Both the position numbers and the translations under genes were made by a program. Below are positions 58,660 through 64,000 of a DNA stretch of 64,000 bases, piece by piece. The DNA comes from Vicinamibacteria bacterium (lineage in GTDB: Bacteria; Acidobacteriota; Vicinamibacteria; Marinacidobacterales; Marinacidobacteraceae). Positions within the stretch are counted from its first letter, which is position 1; every line of letters starts with the position of its first letter. The notes below the pieces were generated by a model. The model saw only the letters and a list, made by a program, of their open reading frames with translations. It was not told the origin of the DNA and did no database searches. The stretch covers positions 672,001 to 736,000 of the forward strand of contig OY821641.1 of the NCBI GenBank assembly GCA_963555995.3, in the 5' to 3' direction.

Positions 58660-61020
58660 ATGCGTTTCTGGCTGTTGCTTTCCTGTCTCGCTGTCCTGAC
58701 CGCGCTCGCCGGGTGCAGCGCCCGGTCGGGCGCGTCCACCGCCGCGCGGTCCGCGGCGGCGCCCCCGGCGCCGCCCCCGGAGCCGCTGCCCCCGCCCGAG
58801 CCGCCACAACCCCCGCGGCCCCTGCCGGAAGCCCCGGAAGACACCTGCGTGACCATCCATACCGGGGAGTGCGTGCCCACGCCGCAGTTCAACGCGATGG
58901 CGACGGAGCTGTCCGCGGAATACGCGGCGGACCGGAACTTCGAGGCGCAGTGGGGCCTCCACGCCATCAACGCCCACCTCGCCTACGGCCACGTGAACCT
59001 GCTGGAGGGGCCCGACGCTCAGCCGGGCGCCGGAGTGACCATCGGCGTCATAGACACCGGCATTGACGACGAGCACCCGATCTTCGCGGGCAAGACGATC
59101 CACAAGGAGTTCCTGTTCGGCGCCGAAGAGGAGCTCGGGGACGAGTTCTCCCACGGCACTGCGGTGGCGGGCATCGCCGCCGGGGTGCAGACCGTCAATC
59201 CCAACGCCCCGCACGGCGTGGCCTGGGGCGCCGACATCGCGCTGTGGGCGATCCCGCTCGGGGACCCCGACAACATCTACGACCCGATCAGCCTCGCAGA
59301 GCTCGCCGAGGACGATGCGGGGTGGGTGCAGATATTCCAGCCCGTGTTCGACTGGCGCGATGGGGGGAACCGGATCGACATCCTGAACCTGAGTTTCGGC
59401 TACGAGGGGCTCATCACCGAGTACGCCGCCGAGGGCCTCCGGGAGAGCCTTCCGGAGACCATCGCGGTCCTGGCCCAGGCGGATGCCGCCGAGAAGACGA
59501 TCCTCGTCTGGGCGGCGGGGAACATGAACGGCGACCGCTGCGGCTTCGGCGTCCCGAACTGCGTGGACGGCCGCATCGAAGCTGTCTCGATCGGCGTCCT
59601 GCCGGGGCTCCTCACCTACATGGAGGAACTTCAGGGGCATTCCATCGCGGTCGTCGCCCTCCAATCGGACGGCGGGGCGATCGCGGACTTCTCGAACCGG
59701 TGCGGCACCGCCGCCGAGTGGTGCATCGCGGCGCCGGGAGATGACGTGATCTTTGCCTACTTCGGGCCCGACCAGGGCGAGGACGGTGTCCGGGGCTACG
59801 CCGAAGGCGGAGGGACCTCGTTCGCCGCGCCCATGGTGTCCGGCGGGCTCGCGATCATGAAGCAGCTCTTCCGCGACCAGGTCTCGAACGAGGAGCTGGT
59901 GAGCCGGCTCTTCCGCACCGCCGACAACACCGGCATCTACGCCGACCGCGACCTCTACGGCCGCGGGCGGATGGACCTCGGGGCCGCCACCTCGCCGGTG
60001 GGGGTGCTGGACGTGCCCATCACCACCGGGACGGCCGCCCTGGCGTCCGCCGCGCTCGGTTCCACCGGGCTGCGCCTCGGGGCGGCGTTTGGGGACGGGG
60101 TGGCGGCGGCGTTCGACGGCGACGAGATCATGGCGCTCGACGGCTACGGGTCGCCGTTCTGGTACGAGCTGGAGAGCTTCACCGCGACCACCGACGGGCC
60201 GTCCATGGCGGCGCGGCTGTGGACGTTCATGGGTTCGGGGTCGGGACTGGCGGCGGTCGGCGGCGGTGGCCCGGGGCTCACGGCCTTCGGGGTCTCGGGA
60301 CCGGTGCTGCGGATGCCCAGCGCGGCGGGGAACGGGCACCTCGCGCTCGCCGAGGGGGCGGTGGCGGCGGTGGCCGGCGAGGGGCGCGGCTTCTCGGCGA
60401 TGGCGTTCACCACCGGGCCGCTCCGTCCCGCCATGCCGGCGGCCGGGGCGGCGGTGGGATGGCGGCCGGGCGAGTTCCCGGTGGGCTTCCGCGCCGGGTG
60501 GATCTCGGAGCGCGAGACGATGCTCGGGAGCCTGGGGCAGGGGGCCTTCGGGAGTCTGTCGGCGGGCACGGCGTTCGTCGGCTTCGACGGGAGCGTGGGC
60601 CTCGGCGGCTGGCGGTTCGGGGCGGGCGGCGAGTTCGGGATGGCGAACCCGGTGGCGCACGGCGGGATGATCCGGGAGATCTCGGCGCTCCGGACCAGCA
60701 CCTTCGCGGTCCACGCGACGCGGGGGTTCGAGCGCGCCGGGTCGCTGAGCTTCTCGCTGTCGCAGCCGCTCCGGGTGGAGAACGGCTGGGCGGCGCTGGC
60801 GGTGCCGGCGGCGCGAACGAAGGCGCGCGAGGTGCTCCACCGCCCGCTCCGGGCCGACCTCGCGCCCGGCGAACGGCAGCTCGACCTCGCGGCGCAGTGG
60901 AACCGGGCGCTCCCCCTCGGCGAACTGCGCCTCGGCGCGATCTGGAGCCACTGGCCCGGCCACCGGGACGCGCTCGGCCCGCAGGTCGCCCTCCTCTCCG
61001 GCTGGCGCTGGACCTTCTAG
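58660..61020 (+). CDS. S8 subtilisin-like serine protease lipoprotein with C-terminal beta-barrel-like domain, copy 1
   Basis: Lipobox LAGC; triad IDTG / HGTAVA / GTSFAAP; AAGN; ends WRWTF. Confidence 0.92.
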   Translation: MRFWLLLSCLAVLTALAGCSARSGASTAARSAAAPPAPPPEPLPPPEPPQPPRPLPEAPEDTCVTIHTGECVPTPQFNAMATELSAEYAADRNFEAQWGLHAINAHLAYGHVNLLEGPDAQPGAGVTIGVIDTGIDDEHPIFAGKTIHKEFLFGAEEELGDEFSHGTAVAGIAAGVQTVNPNAPHGVAWGADIALWAIPLGDPDNIYDPISLAELAEDDAGWVQIFQPVFDWRDGGNRIDILNLSFGYEGLITEYAAEGLRESLPETIAVLAQADAAEKTILVWAAGNMNGDRCGFGVPNCVDGRIEAVSIGVLPGLLTYMEELQGHSIAVVALQSDGGAIADFSNRCGTAAEWCIAAPGDDVIFAYFGPDQGEDGVRGYAEGGGTSFAAPMVSGGLAIMKQLFRDQVSNEELVSRLFRTADNTGIYADRDLYGRGRMDLGAATSPVGVLDVPITTGTAALASAALGSTGLRLGAAFGDGVAAAFDGDEIMALDGYGSPFWYELESFTATTDGPSMAARLWTFMGSGSGLAAVGGGGPGLTAFGVSGPVLRMPSAAGNGHLALAEGAVAAVAGEGRGFSAMAFTTGPLRPAMPAAGAAVGWRPGEFPVGFRAGWISERETMLGSLGQGAFGSLSAGTAFVGFDGSVGLGGWRFGAGGEFGMANPVAHGGMIREISALRTSTFAVHATRGFERAGSLSFSLSQPLRVENGWAALAVPAARTKAREVLHRPLRADLAPGERQLDLAAQWNRALPLGELRLGAIWSHWPGHRDALGPQVALLSGWRWTF

Positions 61021-61074
61021 CCCGGCGTCGGAGCGCCAGCCTCCGGCTGGCATCGCGCGGGAGCGCGAAACCCT

Positions 61075-61345
61075 CATGATCGGTCCTCCTGCACACCCCG
61101 TTGGGCATGAAAACAGCGAAGACGGCTGGGAGCGCCGCTCTTCAGAGCGGCACAGCGGGCCGCAGGTCCGCGGATGTCGTGTCGCTGGTTGCGGCGATGA
61201 ACCGAGAGCAGAGCGCCACCGCGCCGGACCGCGTCGCGCCGGGCGCTGCGCTGTCGCGCAGCGCGTGCCGGTCTGAAGACCGGCGCTCCCAGGCGGCGGC
61301 GCCGCCCACGCTGGCTGACCCTTCGCCCAGACTGCACTTTCGCAG
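61075..61345. repeat. Extended REPIN subfamily B element, inverted
   Basis: Reverse complement of the 43400-43670 flanks and REP doublet. Confidence 0.8.
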
Positions 61346-61480
61346 CAAACCCGGGCCGACGGCGCTCCTCCCCGTGAACGGCGGGCCACCTTCGGCTCTC
61401 TGGGGCGGCGCGCGATTCGCTCCCCTGGGGGGAGCGATGCCGGCCGGAGGCCGGCGCTCCGACCCTTTACAGTGACACGC

Positions 61481-63775
61481 ATGACATCGCTCCGTCCTCT
61501 GCTTCCGCTGTTGCTCGCCGCCGCCGCAATCGGCGGTTGTTCTCAGCGTTCCGGGACGACCCGGACGGTCCCGCCCGCGCCTCCGCCGCCGCCGCCGTGC
61601 GTGCCCACCCACGCGGGCGACTGCGTTGCGGCCGCGGAGTTCACCGCCATGGCGGAGGAGCTCGCGCCGGAGTACGCGGGGGATCCGCAGTTCCGGAACC
61701 AGTGGGGTCTCGACAGCATCAACGCGCAGGTCGCCTACGCGAACCTGAACCTGCTGCTCGGGCCCGACGCCGAGCCGGGCGCGGGGGTGACCGTGGGGTT
61801 CGTGGACAGCGGGATTGATGTGGAACACCCGGCGTTCGCGGACAAGACGGTGTACTTCGAGACGCTGTTCGGGGCCGAACCCGAGACCGGCGAGGAGGGC
61901 GCCTCCCACGGGACGGCGGTGGCGAGCGTCGCGGCGGGCGGCCGGTTCGATCACCGGTTCGCGATGCACGGGGTGGCCTGGGGGGCCGACGTGGCGATGT
62001 GGTCCATCCCGCTCGGGAGCGCGGGCGGCCCCTACGAGCCGATCACGCTGGAGCAACTGGCGGAGTCGGACGAGGGGTTCGCAACCATCTTCGAGCGGGC
62101 GTTCGCGTGGCGCGACGCGGGGAACCGGCTCGACATCCTGAACCTGAGCATCGGCTACGAGGGCCTCACCGAGCACTACGGCGGGGAGGACCTGCGGGCG
62201 AACCTGCCGGAGATGGTCCGGACGCTGGCCCAGGCGGGCGCCGACGAGAAGACGATCCTCGTCTGGGCGGCGGGGAACCAGCACGGCGACCGCTGCGCCG
62301 CCGGCGTCGCCGGCTGCGTGAACGGTCGCGTGAACGCCACCTCGGTCGCGATCAACGCCGGGCTGCCCGCCTATTTCGAGGAACTCCGCGGACACTCGGT
62401 CGCGGTGGTGGCGCTGAACCCCCACGACCAGGCCCTCAGCTTCTTCTCGAACCGCTGCGGGATCGCCGCCGACTTCTGCATCGCCGCCCCCGGCTACGAC
62501 GTGGCGCTCGCCTACTTCGGACCCTACGAGGGAGAGGTCATCCGGGGGTACGCGGTCGGCGGCGGGACCTCCTTCGCCGCCCCCATGGTCTCCGGCGGGC
62601 TGGCGGTCATGAAGCAGCTCTTCCGGGACCAGCTCTCGAACGAGGAGCTGGTGCGCCGGCTGTTCGCCACCGCCGACAAGTCCGGCATCTACGCCGACCG
62701 GGAGATCTACGGCCAGGGCCGGATGGACCTCGGGGCCGCCACCTCGCCGGTGGGGGTGCTGGAGGTGCCGGTCGCCGCCGGGCTCGCGGCCCGGGCGCAC
62801 GCGTCGCTCGGGTCCACCGGGCTGCGCCTCGGGGCCGCGTTCGGCGACGGGCTGGCGGCGGCCTTCGACGGGGACGAGATCATGGCGCTCGACGACCACG
62901 GAGCGCCCTTCTGGTACCCGATGGGGGACTTCGCGGCGACCACGGACGGTCCCTCGATGTCCGCGCGGCTCCGGACGTTCCTGGGGCCGGGTCCGGGCGG
63001 CCTCGCGGCGGGCGGCGGTTCGGGCGGGATGCCCGGCGCGCTCGGGACGACGGCGGGCGTCGTCCGGATGCCGACGGCGGCCGGGAACGGGCACCTCGCG
63101 CTCGCCGAGGGCGCGGTGCGGGTGGGCGCCACCGAGGCGGGCGGGCTGTCGGCGACCGCCTTCACGACCGGCCCGCTGCGCCCCGCCATGCCGGCGACGG
63201 GGGCGGCGCTGGCGTGGCGTCCGGGATCGCTGCCGGTGGGGTTCCGCGCGGGGTGGATCTCGGAGCGGGAGACGATGCTCGGGAGCCTGGGGACGGGCGC
63301 GTTCGGCGGCCTGTCGGCGGGGACGGCGTTCCTCGGCTTCGACGGGGGCCTGGACCTCGGGGGGTGGCGGTTCGGGGCGGGCGGCGAGTTCGGGGTGGTG
63401 AACCCGGGCGTCACGGGCGGGCTGATCCGGGAGATCACGCCGCTCGCCACCAGCACCTTCGCGGTCCACGCGAGCCGGGCGTTCGCGCGGGCGGGGTCGG
63501 TCGCCTTCTCGCTGTCGCAGCCGCTCCGGGTGGAGAGCGGCTGGGCGGCGCTGACGGCGCCGGCGGCGCGGACGAAGCGGGGGGAGGTGCTCTACCGCTC
63601 GTTCCGGACGGACCTCGCGCCGGGGGAGAGGCAGCTCGACCTCGCGGCGCAGTGGAACCGGGCGCTCCCGCTCGGGGAGCTGCGGCTGGGGGCGGTCTGG
63701 AGCCGTTGGCCGGGGCACCGGGGGGCGCTGGGCGCGCAGGCGGTGGCCCTGGCGGGGTGGCGCTGGACGTTCTAG
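61481..63775 (+). CDS. S8 subtilisin-like serine protease lipoprotein, copy 2
   Basis: Lipobox IGGC; VDSG / HGTAVA / GTSFAAP; tandem paralog of 58660. Confidence 0.92.
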   Translation: MTSLRPLLPLLLAAAAIGGCSQRSGTTRTVPPAPPPPPPCVPTHAGDCVAAAEFTAMAEELAPEYAGDPQFRNQWGLDSINAQVAYANLNLLLGPDAEPGAGVTVGFVDSGIDVEHPAFADKTVYFETLFGAEPETGEEGASHGTAVASVAAGGRFDHRFAMHGVAWGADVAMWSIPLGSAGGPYEPITLEQLAESDEGFATIFERAFAWRDAGNRLDILNLSIGYEGLTEHYGGEDLRANLPEMVRTLAQAGADEKTILVWAAGNQHGDRCAAGVAGCVNGRVNATSVAINAGLPAYFEELRGHSVAVVALNPHDQALSFFSNRCGIAADFCIAAPGYDVALAYFGPYEGEVIRGYAVGGGTSFAAPMVSGGLAVMKQLFRDQLSNEELVRRLFATADKSGIYADREIYGQGRMDLGAATSPVGVLEVPVAAGLAARAHASLGSTGLRLGAAFGDGLAAAFDGDEIMALDDHGAPFWYPMGDFAATTDGPSMSARLRTFLGPGPGGLAAGGGSGGMPGALGTTAGVVRMPTAAGNGHLALAEGAVRVGATEAGGLSATAFTTGPLRPAMPATGAALAWRPGSLPVGFRAGWISERETMLGSLGTGAFGGLSAGTAFLGFDGGLDLGGWRFGAGGEFGVVNPGVTGGLIREITPLATSTFAVHASRAFARAGSVAFSLSQPLRVESGWAALTAPAARTKRGEVLYRSFRTDLAPGERQLDLAAQWNRALPLGELRLGAVWSRWPGHRGALGAQAVALAGWRWTF

Positions 63776-63896
63776 GCGGAGTTGGGGCCGGCGGGGGGCT
63801 GTGAGGGGGGGTGGAAGTTGGGACGTGCGCGGCGCGGAGCGCCGCGGCGCCGGTCTGGAGACCGGCGTTCCAAGGGCGTGCGAGACTGACGGCGTC

Positions 63897-64000
63897 GTGT
63901 TCCGCCGTGCCGCGCTGCTGGTCCTGGTTGGCGGGTTGCTGGTTGCCCGCGCCGCGGCGGGAGCGCAGCCGGGGGCCGGCGATGCCGCGGCCGCGATTGC
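63897..64000 (+). CDS. Possible 5' end of a secreted protein running off the window
   Basis: GTG then FRRAALLVLVGGLLVARAAAGAQ, signal-peptide-like. Confidence 0.35.
   Translation, partial: MFRRAALLVLVGGLLVARAAAGAQPGAGDAAAAI

Overview
High-GC accessory region with no core housekeeping genes apart from one tRNA-Pro(CGG). The gene style suggests a host-associated bacterium, possibly sponge-type Acidobacteriota; this is inference only. Three components are interleaved. (1) Expanded surface and membrane families: three acidic Cys-rich lipoproteins with a constant N-terminus and variable C-terminus, two FN3 lipoproteins, two S8 protease lipoproteins, and about 11 small coiled-coil plus TM proteins, five of them in a mosaic tandem array. 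(2) Defence/toxin modules: a PARIS-like ABC-ATPase+DUF4435 pair, an ATPase+DUF4276 pair, an ATPase+RloB pair, two PIN TA pairs, an NYN RNase with a structured leader, and a tightly coupled UvrD-helicase/DarT/ADP-ribosylglycohydrolase operon. (3) Mobile and repeat DNA: a complete IS21 with a 5-bp target duplication, an orphan IS21 end, two tyrosine recombinases, and a dense REP/REPIN family including an 11-unit ~300-bp tandem array. The best candidate for an undescribed system is the UvrD-DarT-ARH operon (15332-19546). Second is the apparent REP-bounded cassette architecture that carries the defence modules. Family assignments come from motif recognition by eye; no database searches were run.
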